Positions 40,567 through 49,395 of a stretch of DNA of 64,000 nt are shown here, piece by piece (position 1 is the first letter of the stretch; each line of letters begins with the position of its first letter). The stretch is from a virus, in the IMG/VR virus record IMGVR_UViG_3300045988_130745; one strand, 5' to 3'. The notes under the pieces are model-generated. The model made no database searches and was not told the origin of the DNA. It saw nothing but the letters and a program-made list of their open reading frames with translations. The position numbers and the translations under genes are program-made.

Positions 40567-41874
40567 ATAAAGACTTTTTGTAAGCCCGCAAATACTAATA
40601 TATGCGATCCAGAGTTTATTTACTGGGCGGTTTATGATTGTGTTAAGCATAAACTTTATCGTAATGATTTTCTTGATTTATTATGTACTCAAACAGGTAT
40701 ATCTCGCCGCGTAGTGATAAAGGAGCGTTCACAATTAAATGAATCAACTCCTATGATTGACGGCGCAATCAAGAAATTATCTGAAAAATGCGCTCAAATG
40801 ATTGCTGATAACAAACTTAAATTTAGAGAACTTCGTCAATTCAATCGAGTTGATGGTATTTCTGGAAAGAAAAGAGATATTTGTCAAGAATCTCCTCTCC
40901 AGCAAGTATTTGAATACATCGCGGTTTACGCACTTCAACCACTTTTTGATGCTAAAATTTTATATTGCCAATTTGGCAGTATCCCAGGTAAGGGACAAGT
41001 CAAGGGCGCGCAAAGAATTTCATATATTCTCAATAGTCCAAAGTTCAAAGACAAACGAGTGGACTGTATTAAATGTGACGTCCGCAAGGCTTATCCATCA
41101 ACAAAAGTAAGCACTGTTCATAATCTTATCACTAAATATTGCGGTAAGAATAAATAGTTAATTGGTTTAGTTGATGCTATCATGGCAAACTACCCTAATC
41201 ACCATTTAATTATTGGTGGCTACTTTTCCACTTGGACATTTAATTTAGTAATGAGTGAAGTTTTGCGTGAGTTTAATAAACTTTATAAAGAGCGCCGTGG
41301 ACAGCGAATTAAACTGGTCGAAAAAATTGTTTGCTATGCAGATGATTTTCTCTTGTTTGGATACAAGTCCAATTTGGAGCGTGCGATTAAGACAGTTGCT
41401 AAACGTATTAAAGCACAATTTGGTTTAGAAATCAAAAATGTCTGGACGATAATTCAATTCCCATCTAAAGAGGTTGAAAACCATCCTCGCTATAAAAATA
41501 CTTTTATTGATATGATGGGTTTCAGAATTTATCGCCATTACCGTGGCATCCGCAAGAAAATTTTTCGCAGAGCGCGTAGACAATTTATCCGTGCAAATCA
41601 ACTCTCTTATGTACCTGTTTGGAGAGCGCGAAAAGTTGCGGCATATAATAGCTGGCTTACATATTCTAAAAGTCGTGGAGTAATCCTCAATTATCATATA
41701 AATACCCTAATGAATCGTTCGAAGCAATCCATATCTAATCATTCTAGGGAGGAATTGACAAGTTATGAAAGAGACTTATTGCTCTATCCCGAAAGCTGTT
41801 TTGACTTTCCCCGTTGGCGGAAAAACCGACGTTATTTTGAGGAAAAATATCGAAAAAGTCACCAAACAGGGTAA
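40567..41874 (+). CDS. DGR reverse transcriptase
   Basis: YADDFLLFG gives the YxDD motif, and IPGKGQVKG is present. Track ORFs 40714-41157 and 41182-41874 are in frame and join through one TAG. The frame is open from 40555, just after AAGGAGG. No canonical start exists before the GTG at 40714, so the 5' end is uncertain. Confidence 0.75.
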
Positions 41875-42118
41875 TTCGGAAGAAGAAACCTATGATGCTT
41901 ACGAGTGCGACGAAGTTCAATTCCGTTATGATGGCGCGCTGACAGTAGAAGAAGTTGAAAATGATTTTGACTCTTGGTGGAATTATCCAGCCAAGGCTTC
42001 TATGACTCTTGACGAGCGTGTCTCCGCACTTGAAAATTCAAAAGCAGATAAATCAGATGTAGAACAAATTTACGATGCTATTGCTGCAGCCTATCAAGAA
42101 GGAGTGCAATCAGTATGA
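41765..42118 (+). CDS. hypothetical acidic protein
   Basis: 117-aa ORF. Its start overlaps the RT 3' end by about 110 nt. Confidence 0.45.
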   Translation: MKETYCSIPKAVLTFPVGGKTDVILRKNIEKVTKQGNSEEETYDAYECDEVQFRYDGALTVEEVENDFDSWWNYPAKASMTLDERVSALENSKADKSDVEQIYDAIAAAYQEGVQSV

Positions 42119-42552
42119 CAAGTAAAGATTTTATTTTGAATACTTTCCGCGCGAAAGGCAAAGCAGATGCTCAAGCACTTCAAAAGCAAGCAAAAAATTT
42201 AACTGGTACTGAAATTATTGCCAATGAAGGATGTATTCCCGAATGGGAACCTAATAAGGATTATTCTTCTTGGTTAGTTGGCGCGCCAGTTAAGTATGAC
42301 GAACAAGTATGGATTTTATTGGTTCCTCATACTGTTTCAGCAATTTCACCAAAAGAAGATCGTGAAAATTGGTCATTGTGCCATACAACAGATGCCTTCG
42401 CTGCAAAGAAATGGGTAGCTCCTGTTGGCAGCTATGGACACTACATGAAAGATGAAGTTTACGTTGATGATAATGGCTTCATCTGGAAATGCTTACAAGA
42501 TGACACAATTCTTTCTGCGGCCGACTATGCTGATGCTTGGATTGAAGTTTGA
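42115..42552 (+). CDS. hypothetical protein (Trp/Tyr-rich, possible carbohydrate-binding)
   Basis: 145-aa ORF with an ATGA overlap. Confidence 0.55.
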   Translation: MTSKDFILNTFRAKGKADAQALQKQAKNLTGTEIIANEGCIPEWEPNKDYSSWLVGAPVKYDEQVWILLVPHTVSAISPKEDRENWSLCHTTDAFAAKKWVAPVGSYGHYMKDEVYVDDNGFIWKCLQDDTILSAADYADAWIEV

Positions 42553-42560
42553 CATATATT

Positions 42561-42589
42561 GGGTTGGAAGAAATTCCAGCCCATTTTTT
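42561..42589 (+). terminator. intrinsic terminator
   Basis: Stem gggttggaa/ttccagccc followed by T6. Confidence 0.7.
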
Positions 42590-42592
42590 GTA

Positions 42593-42621
42593 TTGACTCC
42601 CGCACAAAGATATGATATAAT
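42593..42621 (+). promoter_or_regulatory. family promoter
   Basis: TTGACT 42593-42598 and TATAAT 42616-42621. Confidence 0.75.
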
Positions 42622-42642
42622 ATTTATAGAAAGTTAAGGAGA

Positions 42643-42948
42643 ATGATTATGACAAAGTTTAAAATTTATGCTGGTTTGAAGCGCCCTTATGCGCCATTGC
42701 ATTTAGTTGATGAAAAAGAATTTTTGACTAATCGAGAAGCAAAATGGTATGCTCGTGAGTGCGCGAGAAAGATTTATCGCGATCATGAACCTTATGATTC
42801 TGCTCTTGTGACTAAAGAAGAAATTCGTGAGCATCCAACTGATTTTGGCATTTATCCTTTGGAAGAGGAAGATTTCTTTGAGTCCGATGTTGAGCTTGAG
42901 TATCTTCACGCAATGGATAATTGGTTGCTTTTTGATGTGGAATTTTAA
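42643..42948 (+). CDS. hypothetical protein
   Basis: 101-aa ORF behind a promoter and a TAAGGAG SD. Confidence 0.6.
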   Translation: MIMTKFKIYAGLKRPYAPLHLVDEKEFLTNREAKWYARECARKIYRDHEPYDSALVTKEEIREHPTDFGIYPLEEEDFFESDVELEYLHAMDNWLLFDVEF

Positions 42949-42957
42949 TTATTCCTA

Positions 42958-42986
42958 TTGACTTTTTAAGATATATATGATATAAT
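42958..42986 (+). promoter_or_regulatory. family promoter
   Basis: TTGACT 42958-42963 and TATAAT 42981-42986. Confidence 0.75.
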
Positions 42987-43019
42987 ATATATAGAAAATC
43001 AAGAGAGGAAGAATGAGTA

Positions 43020-43328
43020 TTGGGTTTTGATTTTGTTATCTACGATTATGAGAATCAAAAAACTATTTGTCATGTTGAAGGGTACGATATATCCGATATT
43101 AAAGAAATTTTTATTTGGATTGTAGCTGGTGATGAAACTGGCAGTCTAACAATGCAAGATGGCACTGTTTATGATTTTGATGCCTCGGATAATCGTTTTG
43201 CAGATTTTAATGATGGCTCCTATACTGTTGAAGGGAAGGAAAACATCGAGAAGTGGCTTAATTTTCAACCGACTGAAAAGGAGTCTCATCTCACTTTTTC
43301 TTATGTGCGCCAAGGGAAATGGGGTTAA
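43020..43328 (+). CDS. hypothetical protein
   Basis: 102-aa ORF with a TTG start after GAGAGGAAG. Confidence 0.5.
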   Translation: MGFDFVIYDYENQKTICHVEGYDISDIKEIFIWIVAGDETGSLTMQDGTVYDFDASDNRFADFNDGSYTVEGKENIEKWLNFQPTEKESHLTFSYVRQGKWG

Positions 43329-43537
43329 TATCAATGTGGCTTGTTCGTTATAAAGCAAAAGCAGATACTAGCTGGGCGACTTTCATTTCCAATGCCGCTT
43401 TGATGAATTTTGCTGCACAGGATTTTATTGATTACTGGTTTAAACGGCATGATAAAATTCCGCCGCAGATTAAAGATTTTCACGAAGCTCGAAAAATTAT
43501 GTGGAATGAAGGTATAGATTTTTATATTACCTTGTAA
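43319..43537 (+). CDS. hypothetical protein
   Basis: 72-aa ORF. Alternative start at the ATG at 43334. Confidence 0.5.
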   Translation: MGLISMWLVRYKAKADTSWATFISNAALMNFAAQDFIDYWFKRHDKIPPQIKDFHEARKIMWNEGIDFYITL

Positions 43538-43552
43538 GAAAGGAAGATTATT

Positions 43553-44002
43553 TTGATTGTTTCTGAGATTGAAATGAATATGAAAGCCGCGCTGAAACAG
43601 GATAGAATGGAAGATAAGAATGATTATTCTTATCTTTTATCTCGCTTTCGCGCGAAAGAAGTTGAGCTTCGCCGTGAATTGACTAATGACGAAGCTATCG
43701 ACGTTATCCGCAAGGAAGTCAAACAGATGCAGAAAGATTATGACGCAATGTCTGGCGATTTGCTCAACACTCATTATGCTAAGGGCTTGAAGCGTCAGAT
43801 TGACCTTTATTCCATCTACTTGCCTAAAATGATGTCTTATGATGAGGTTTTGGATTATCTGCGTGGAATGGATGCTGAGTGTATGCTCCCAACTGCTTTT
43901 GGCGCAGCGATGAAAGCTGTTCGCGCGGAGATTGGCGCAAAAGCAGATGGTAAGACCATCTCTCAGGCGTTGAAAAATTATATGGCTCAGGAGAAAAAGT
44001 AA
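43553..44002 (+). CDS. GatB/YqeY-domain protein
   Basis: The length (149 aa) and the pattern MKAALKQD...LLSRFRAKEVE...IDVIRKEVKQ...YLPKMMSYDEV...KTISQALKNYM match YqeY-type proteins. Confidence 0.55.
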   Translation: MIVSEIEMNMKAALKQDRMEDKNDYSYLLSRFRAKEVELRRELTNDEAIDVIRKEVKQMQKDYDAMSGDLLNTHYAKGLKRQIDLYSIYLPKMMSYDEVLDYLRGMDAECMLPTAFGAAMKAVRAEIGAKADGKTISQALKNYMAQEKK

Positions 44003-44305
44003 ATGAAGATTTTTAGAATGAAACGTGGAGAAGGCAAAACCTCTCGTCTGATCGAGGAGAGCGCAAATTCTGGCGTTCCTATTTTTGCTATTGATGACCA
44101 TCGGCGACGTATTCTGATGGAAAAGGCAAATGTGATGGGTTATAAGATTCCTTCGCCTGTTACTTTTGATGACCTTGCTGCGGATAAGACAATTGAAAAA
44201 ATCATTGTAGACGATGCAGAATATACTTTGCCTGCTATCATTGAGTATTTCCTTGGTATCCACATTACAGCCGAAGCTTTTTCTACTAACACTCTTGAAG
44301 ATTAA
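44003..44305 (+). CDS. hypothetical protein
   Basis: 100-aa ORF immediately after the YqeY-like gene. Confidence 0.55.
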   Translation: MKIFRMKRGEGKTSRLIEESANSGVPIFAIDDHRRRILMEKANVMGYKIPSPVTFDDLAADKTIEKIIVDDAEYTLPAIIEYFLGIHITAEAFSTNTLED

Positions 44306-44334
44306 TTGACTTTAGAACGATTTTATGCTATAAT
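44306..44334 (+). promoter_or_regulatory. family promoter
   Basis: TTGACT 44306-44311 and TATAAT 44329-44334. Confidence 0.75.
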
Positions 44335-44367
44335 ATTTATAGAAAGTTAAGAAAGGATATTTAAATT

Positions 44368-44898
44368 ATGACTAAGTTTATTCCTGCTGTTCCTCGTTTG
44401 ACCGCTAAGCGTGACGGCGACATCGCTTATCACAAGCCGAGTTTTTCGTATTACATTGACCGAGATAAAACTGGATGTATCAATGGTCAGCTGTATCATG
44501 GCGTCGTAGTCGCTAAGCTGAGTGGCGGTGTTCGCGATCTGGTAAATATTTGGACTAAGCGTGACGCTTTTAGGATTTGTGAGCTAGGGGAGATTGCCTC
44601 TCTACTCCATGTTAATTCCGACCTTGGTCCTGCTTATTGCGTGTTTGAGGGCAAGGCTTACTGTTCGGTTGATGATAAGTGGGACGAGAACGAGGGTATG
44701 AAGATTGCTCGTCGCAAGGCTTGGACTCAGTATTACCATGCTCTGGCAAATTATACCTATGATTATCAGAAGCGTGTCGCTGCGCTGTATGAGCAGATTA
44801 CCAAGTATGCTGATTTTGCGGTAAAGCGCAGTTGCGAGCTAGATATGGAGAATACTGAAGTCCAGAAGATGCTTGAAGGAATGTCGGAAACTGTTTAA
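44368..44898 (+). CDS. hypothetical protein (GC-richer, TAG-free)
   Basis: 176-aa ORF with the same CGT/GCT-rich codon style as 10482-11972. Confidence 0.6.
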   Translation: MTKFIPAVPRLTAKRDGDIAYHKPSFSYYIDRDKTGCINGQLYHGVVVAKLSGGVRDLVNIWTKRDAFRICELGEIASLLHVNSDLGPAYCVFEGKAYCSVDDKWDENEGMKIARRKAWTQYYHALANYTYDYQKRVAALYEQITKYADFAVKRSCELDMENTEVQKMLEGMSETV

Positions 44899-44927
44899 TT
44901 GACTTTTTCTAAAAATTGTGATATAAT
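44899..44927 (+). promoter_or_regulatory. family promoter
   Basis: TTGACT 44899-44904 and TATAAT 44922-44927. Drives tRNA-Cys. Confidence 0.75.
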
Positions 44928-45008
44928 ATTTATAGAGTTTGGGAATTGATTCCTACTCTTTTTATACATACCTCTTTCTTTTAGGGAGAAGCAATTCTCC
45001 CTTTATAT

Positions 45009-45092
45009 GCGACTGTGGCCCAGTGGACAAAGGCGGGTGCCTGCAAAGCACTTAATTTTTTATCGTTGGTTCAAATCCAACCAGTCGCTCCA
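45009..45092 (+). tRNA. tRNA-Cys (GCA) with an enlarged variable region
   Basis: Acceptor gcgactg/cagtcgc, anticodon stem ggtgc/gcact with loop CTGCAAA, 12-nt AT-rich variable region, T loop TTCAAAT, CCA encoded. Confidence 0.65.
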
Positions 45093-45104
45093 AGGAGTTT
45101 TGCT

Positions 45105-45881
45105 ATGAAAGATGTAATAGGAATTTATAAAATCACAAATTAGATTTCTGGGAAAGTCTATATCGGGTAGTCTAGGCATATCCATAAAAGATGGCAGGAA
45201 CATTGTTAGCCTTCTTCAGATTCAGTTATTTCAAGAGCTATTAAAAAGTACGGTCAAGAAAATTTTACTTTCGAAATAATTGAAGAATGCCCGTTAGAAT
45301 CGTTAAATGAGAGAGAAGAATTTTATATTAAAAAATATAATTCTTGTGTACCTAATGGCTATAATGTTATGTCTTCTTCAAATGGAATCTAGTCTAAATT
45401 CTTTCTTTTAGAAGAAAAGCAACTAGATAAAGTAATTTAGTTTTTACAAGCTGATGATAAAACCTATTCTCAGATTGCTGATTTAACTGGTTTAGATATT
45501 TCTACTATTTCAAGAATTAATAATGGCGAAATTCATTATAATGAGAATCTTTCTTATCCTATTTCAAAGAGAGATGCTGGTAAATGGTTAAAAGTAAATC
45601 ATTATTGCATTGATTGCGGTACACCCATTTGTCGATAGGCGATCCGTTGTAAAAAATGTAATGTTATATTTTTAACTAAAAATAAAATTTCTAGTCCAAG
45701 ACTTGAATGTCCAGCAAGAGAAATTTTAAAACAGGAAGTATTTTCTTTACCTTTAGAAGCGGTTGGAAGAAAATATGGAGTAACTGGTAGTGCAGTTAAA
45801 AAATGGTTGGGAAAATATAATTTGCCAACTCGGAAAAGTGATATTTCATCTTATTCAAAAGAAGAATGGGATAAATTATAA
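45105..45881 (+). CDS. GIY-YIG homing-endonuclease-like protein (copy c)
   Basis: MKDVIGIYKITN[TAG]ISGKVYIG[TAG]SRHIHKRWQEH. 259 codons with several TAG. Starts 13 nt after tRNA-Cys. Confidence 0.8.
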
Positions 45882-46040
45882 TATGCAGTTAGTGAGTTTG
45901 ACTCTCACCCGCTGCTCCAGAACGGAGTTCCCTATTAGATTTCCAATGGGAATTGAGCTTCACGGTTTGATTGAGTTAGTCCGTCGTCCTCAGTATTGAA
46001 TAGGCAATCAAGAGGAGAAGATACGAAAATTCTTCATTAT

Positions 46041-46116
46041 GCGCGAGTAGTCGAACGGCATAGACACTACGCTAAGGACGTAGGATTTGTGGGTTCAAAT
46101 CCCACCTTGCGCACCA
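46041..46116 (+). tRNA. tRNA with AAG anticodon (Leu by anticodon), short variable region
   Basis: Acceptor gcgcgag/cttgcgc, anticodon stem ctacg/cgtag with loop CTAAGGA, T loop TTCAAAT, CCA encoded. Confidence 0.65.
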
Positions 46117-46134
46117 ATAGGAAGGAGAGTTATT

Positions 46135-46365
46135 ATGGGCAAATTGAAGACGACCAAGATGGTTTATGGTCGAGCAATGGTTGGAACTGATGCTTACAAA
46201 AAGAATTTGTCTAGTAAGCGCTCAAGGCGTAGTGATCAGAAGAGAAAACAAAACTATTGTTCAGCCGCGATTAAAACCAATCTGACTTGGGAACAGAAAC
46301 TAATTCGATGGTTTGAAAAAATTGAGCGCTGGTTTTTAGATTATTTTGAAAGGTTTTTTAATTGA
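46135..46365 (+). CDS. hypothetical basic protein
   Basis: GGAAGGAGAG SD and ATG at 46135, in frame with track ORF 46087-46365. Confidence 0.5.
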   Translation: MGKLKTTKMVYGRAMVGTDAYKKNLSSKRSRRSDQKRKQNYCSAAIKTNLTWEQKLIRWFEKIERWFLDYFERFFN

Positions 46366-46655
46366 TGAAAATTTTGACTGCGCCAGTTGTTAGTTATGAA
46401 GTTCTTCAAGATGATTTGATTCATGCCAACATTATTAAAAGAGAAGATGTTGATAATGATTATTCATACGTCCTTGGTTTGCTTTTTGCTGATAATTGGA
46501 GTTACGATTGCTATTTGAAACTTTATCTAAATGGCAAACCCATTCCAGAGAATCTTGATATAAGCGCAACTGCTTATCTGAAGAAGTGCAATGAGATTTA
46601 TACTTATTTACGCGAGAAGGCTCCGGGTTATGATTTTATTTTGATTGAGACTTAA
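46362..46655 (+). CDS. hypothetical protein
   Basis: 97-aa ORF with an ATGA overlap. Confidence 0.55.
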   Translation: MMKILTAPVVSYEVLQDDLIHANIIKREDVDNDYSYVLGLLFADNWSYDCYLKLYLNGKPIPENLDISATAYLKKCNEIYTYLREKAPGYDFILIET

Positions 46656-46681
46656 AATCTATAAAAAAGTGGGATGAAGTA

Positions 46682-46915
46682 ATGGAACAGACTATATTCT
46701 ATGAGACAGGTTGGTATGAACCTGAGATTTTGGGGTCTGGCGGTTCCTATACCGGAGTTGCAAAAACGACTTCTGAGGAGGAAGCGTTACAACGGTTGTT
46801 GAAATATTCTGCCAATTATGCATATCGTATTACTGTATATAAAAAAGATGGCAAAATCATAAAGCGGGAAATTGCCGAGTATGATCAATGGGAAAAGAGA
46901 TGGAGAGCAACCTGA
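46682..46915 (+). CDS. hypothetical protein
   Basis: 77-aa ORF. Confidence 0.55.
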   Translation: MEQTIFYETGWYEPEILGSGGSYTGVAKTTSEEEALQRLLKYSANYAYRITVYKKDGKIIKREIAEYDQWEKRWRAT

Positions 46916-47015
46916 TGAAGTAGAAATTTATACTGAGTAACGGAGCAATCCATAGAAATTAAAAGTCTTGAAATTTATAATCACTTGTGCGAGAAGGCTT
47001 AAAGAAAGGATTAAA

Positions 47016-47426
47016 ATGAGTAAGAGGAAAAAGAATACTCCTGTAAGTGATTGGGTTTATGATGATTTGATGAATTATTTTGAGTTCTGTTTTGGTGGCG
47101 CTCATGTATTTCGTTCAAATAAAGCGAAGAAGTATCTTTTTGAAATTCTTACTCACGATTCTAACTGGACTGTTGAAAATGTGCATAATGAATATTATGT
47201 TCTTTATCATAATCCAGTTTATCAACCTCGCGCGAAGATTCATGTTCAAGCAAAAGATACCAATTTGATTTGGCTTTTGTGGATTGCATATACGCATGAT
47301 TTCTACAAGTATAACAAACTTCCTTTTGAAAAAGGAAAAGGCAAAGATTATTGGCGTTTCGTTGAAGATTTTAAACACTATCTTACTTATAAAGGTCTTC
47401 ATTGGACAGAAGATGATTTTCAATGA
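47016..47426 (+). CDS. hypothetical protein
   Basis: Internal ATG of track ORF 46968-47426, preceded by AAGAAAGGA. Confidence 0.5.
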   Translation: MSKRKKNTPVSDWVYDDLMNYFEFCFGGAHVFRSNKAKKYLFEILTHDSNWTVENVHNEYYVLYHNPVYQPRAKIHVQAKDTNLIWLLWIAYTHDFYKYNKLPFEKGKGKDYWRFVEDFKHYLTYKGLHWTEDDFQ

Positions 47427-47427
47427 T

Positions 47428-47456
47428 TTGACTTTTGATAGATAATATGCTATAAT
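47428..47456 (+). promoter_or_regulatory. family promoter
   Basis: TTGACT 47428-47433 and TATAAT 47451-47456. The transcript into 47457-47612 has no ORF. Confidence 0.7.
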
Positions 47457-47614
47457 ATTTATAGAAAATGAGATTCATTCGTAGATAAGAATTAAAAATC
47501 GCTAAAGACAATAATGTTGCTCTAATGTGGGAACGTGAAGGCTACGACATATCCGATACTGTTAAACGAAATCCCTATGAGCTTGCGTGAGATTGAAACT
47601 GCTCACCGAATGAA

Positions 47615-47643
47615 TTGACTTTTTATGATTTCTATGATATAAT
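47615..47643 (+). promoter_or_regulatory. family promoter
   Basis: TTGACT 47615-47620 and TATAAT 47638-47643. Confidence 0.75.
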
Positions 47644-47658
47644 ATATATAGAAAATGA

Positions 47659-47725
47659 AAGACAGAAGCAGCAAAATACTTACAATCAGAACTTAAAATT
47701 CTAATATTGGTAAGAAGCTGTCTTG
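47659..47725 (+). ncRNA. stem-CAGCAA element E7a
   Basis: Helix aagacag/ctgtctt, AAGCAGCAAA, 3' G. Confidence 0.5.
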
Positions 47726-47747
47726 ATATGGGATGAAATGAGATTCT

Positions 47748-47817
47748 AAGACGATTTCTGCAAAACTTTTGATGTTTTAACAATATGGATGATAAAACAA
47801 AATGAAAAATCGTCTTG
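47748..47817 (+). ncRNA. stem-CAGCAA element E7b (CTGCAA variant)
   Basis: Perfect helix aagacgatt/aatcgtctt, TCTGCAAA, 3' G. Confidence 0.45.
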
Positions 47818-47828
47818 ATTTTTATTAT

Positions 47829-47903
47829 GGATGGTTCGTACAACGGCTAGTACAAGAGACTGTTAATCTCCTAATGGGGTTTCGACTACCTCACCGTCCG
47901 CCA
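47829..47903 (+). tRNA. tRNA-Asn (GUU)
   Basis: Acceptor ggatggt/accgtcc, anticodon loop CTGTTAA, T loop TTCGACT, CCA encoded. Confidence 0.85.
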
Positions 47904-48026
47904 AGAGCGTTGATGGGACGCTTCTTAATATCCCATTGCCAATAGGGGAGCATTAACGACGGTTAATGAGATTAAGGTGCCTCCACACCGGCCTTATATT
48001 TTATTTATTCTGGAGGAGAATAAATT

Positions 48027-48773
48027 ATGCATAATCCTATTTGTGGTATTTATAAAATTACTAATTTGATTAATGGAAAATGTTACATCGGTTAGAGTGT
48101 GAATATCAAACAAAGATGGAGAGATCATCGTTCAAGGGCCATATCCAAAGGTTCAGAAGGGTTTGAGAGTTATTTTTATCGTTCTATTAGAAAATATGGA
48201 CTAGAGAATTTTTCTTTTGAAATCTTGGAAGAATGTCCTAAAGAATAGTTAAATGAAAAAGAGCAATTTTATATTGCAAAGTATCATTCAAATCAAGAAA
48301 GTTTTGGTTACAATTTAACTGAAGGCGGCGATTCTGTAGGAGGAAAAGCAAAGAAACTTTCTGATAAAGAGTTGCAAAGCATAATTTATGATTTGAAGAA
48401 TACGTTGTTATCATAGGCTGAAATTGGGTAGAAATACCATATTGCTTAGACTACAGTTAGTGGTATTAATCGAGGAGAATTTCGTTATTAGGACAATGAA
48501 ATTTATCCATTAAGGACAAGAAATGTTTTAAAAGAACGTGGTTTTGTTGATGGCTATAAGACTTGCCCAATTTGCGGAAAGAAATTTCAAGGCAAAGCTA
48601 AAACTTGTTCGATTGAATGTGGTAAAATTCGTGTAAGAAAAATAAAAGTAATTCCTAAACGAAGTGCTTTAAAATATCTAATTCGTAATTATTCATTTGA
48701 ATGGATTGGTCATCAATTCGGAGTAAGTAGTAACACAATAAAGAAATATTGTGATAAAGCTAATTTACCTTGA
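48027..48773 (+). CDS. GIY-YIG homing-endonuclease-like protein (copy d), ending at a premature-looking TGA
   Basis: MHNPICGIYKITNLINGKCYIG[TAG]SVNIKQRW. The conserved C-terminal tail (SYSDGEWEKV) continues in frame after the TGA at 48771-48773 up to the TAA at 48822-48824. Confidence 0.75.
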
Positions 48774-48852
48774 ACAAAGACTTTAATCAATTCTTATTCA
48801 GATGGAGAATGGGAAAAGGTTTAAAATTCTGCCAGGTAACTGGCATTTATAT

Positions 48853-48928
48853 GCGCGTGTAGTTTAATGGTAAAATCGCGGACTTTTAATCCGTCAGACT
48901 GGAAGTTCAAGTCTTCTCACGCGCACCA
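48853..48928 (+). tRNA. tRNA-Lys (UUU)
   Basis: Acceptor gcgcgtg/cacgcgc, anticodon loop CTTTTAA, T loop TTCAAGT, CCA encoded. Confidence 0.85.
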
Positions 48929-48961
48929 TTAGCTCGTCTACCATGCGTAGAAAGAGTTTTT

Positions 48962-48987
48962 GAAACCGTTTGCGCGGTTTCTGTTTT
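48962..48987 (+). terminator. terminator-like hairpin between two tRNAs
   Basis: Stem gaaaccg/cggtttc followed by a T-rich run. Confidence 0.4.
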
Positions 48988-48989
48988 AT

Positions 48990-49073
48990 CCCTCATTAGA
49001 CCATAAGGATTGGGGTGGGTCTGTAAAACCCATGCGTTTCGCCGGGATGGTTCGATACCATCATGAGGGACCA
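48990..49073 (+). tRNA. tRNA-Tyr (GUA), type II
   Basis: Acceptor ccctcat/atgaggg, anticodon stem tgggt/accca with loop CTGTAAA, long variable arm, T arm gatgg-TTCGATA-ccatc, CCA encoded. Confidence 0.8.
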
Positions 49074-49096
49074 CTTATTTTAAGAAAGGATATATT

Positions 49097-49381
49097 ATGG
49101 ACTTTTTTGTTGGGAATTTTACTGACTGGTTCAATAGTTATGCTAAGGATAAGTTGTTTCGTCTTTGGTATAAAGAGGACGAAAAACTTGGTCTGGATGA
49201 TGGCTATGATGGAGTTTGTCAGTATGTTTATCTGAGACAGGCAATCAATCTTGGTAACGATTGGTTGATTGGTTATGCTGTATTTGATGAACGCGAAAAG
49301 GATAATATGTATCCTAGTTTGAACTGGGTTAAGTTGAGTGAAATTGATTTAGCTTGGTACAAAGGTGACGAGGAAAAGTAA
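49097..49381 (+). CDS. hypothetical protein
   Basis: 94-aa ORF with an AAGAAAGGA SD. Confidence 0.55.
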   Translation: MDFFVGNFTDWFNSYAKDKLFRLWYKEDEKLGLDDGYDGVCQYVYLRQAINLGNDWLIGYAVFDEREKDNMYPSLNWVKLSEIDLAWYKGDEEK

Positions 49382-49395
49382 TTTCCTCATTTTAT

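Larger units (their letters stand above)
39719..41874 (+). mobile_element. diversity-generating retroelement cassette (VR - spacer - TR - RT)
   Basis: VR/TR pair with adenine-specific differences plus an adjacent RT. No Avd-like ORF was found in the 340-nt VR-TR spacer. Confidence 0.8.

Noticed and set aside
43637-44263. 208-aa minus-strand ORF
   Set aside because: Antisense to the YqeY-like gene and the following + strand gene, which have promoters, SD sites and recognisable motifs. There are no signals for the reverse ORF.
48771-48773. General TGA recoding (code 4-like)
   Set aside because: This is the only in-frame TGA with conserved sequence downstream. Dozens of reconstructed genes end cleanly at TGA, often overlapping the next start (ATGA) or a -35 box. 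No tRNA with a UCA anticodon was found.
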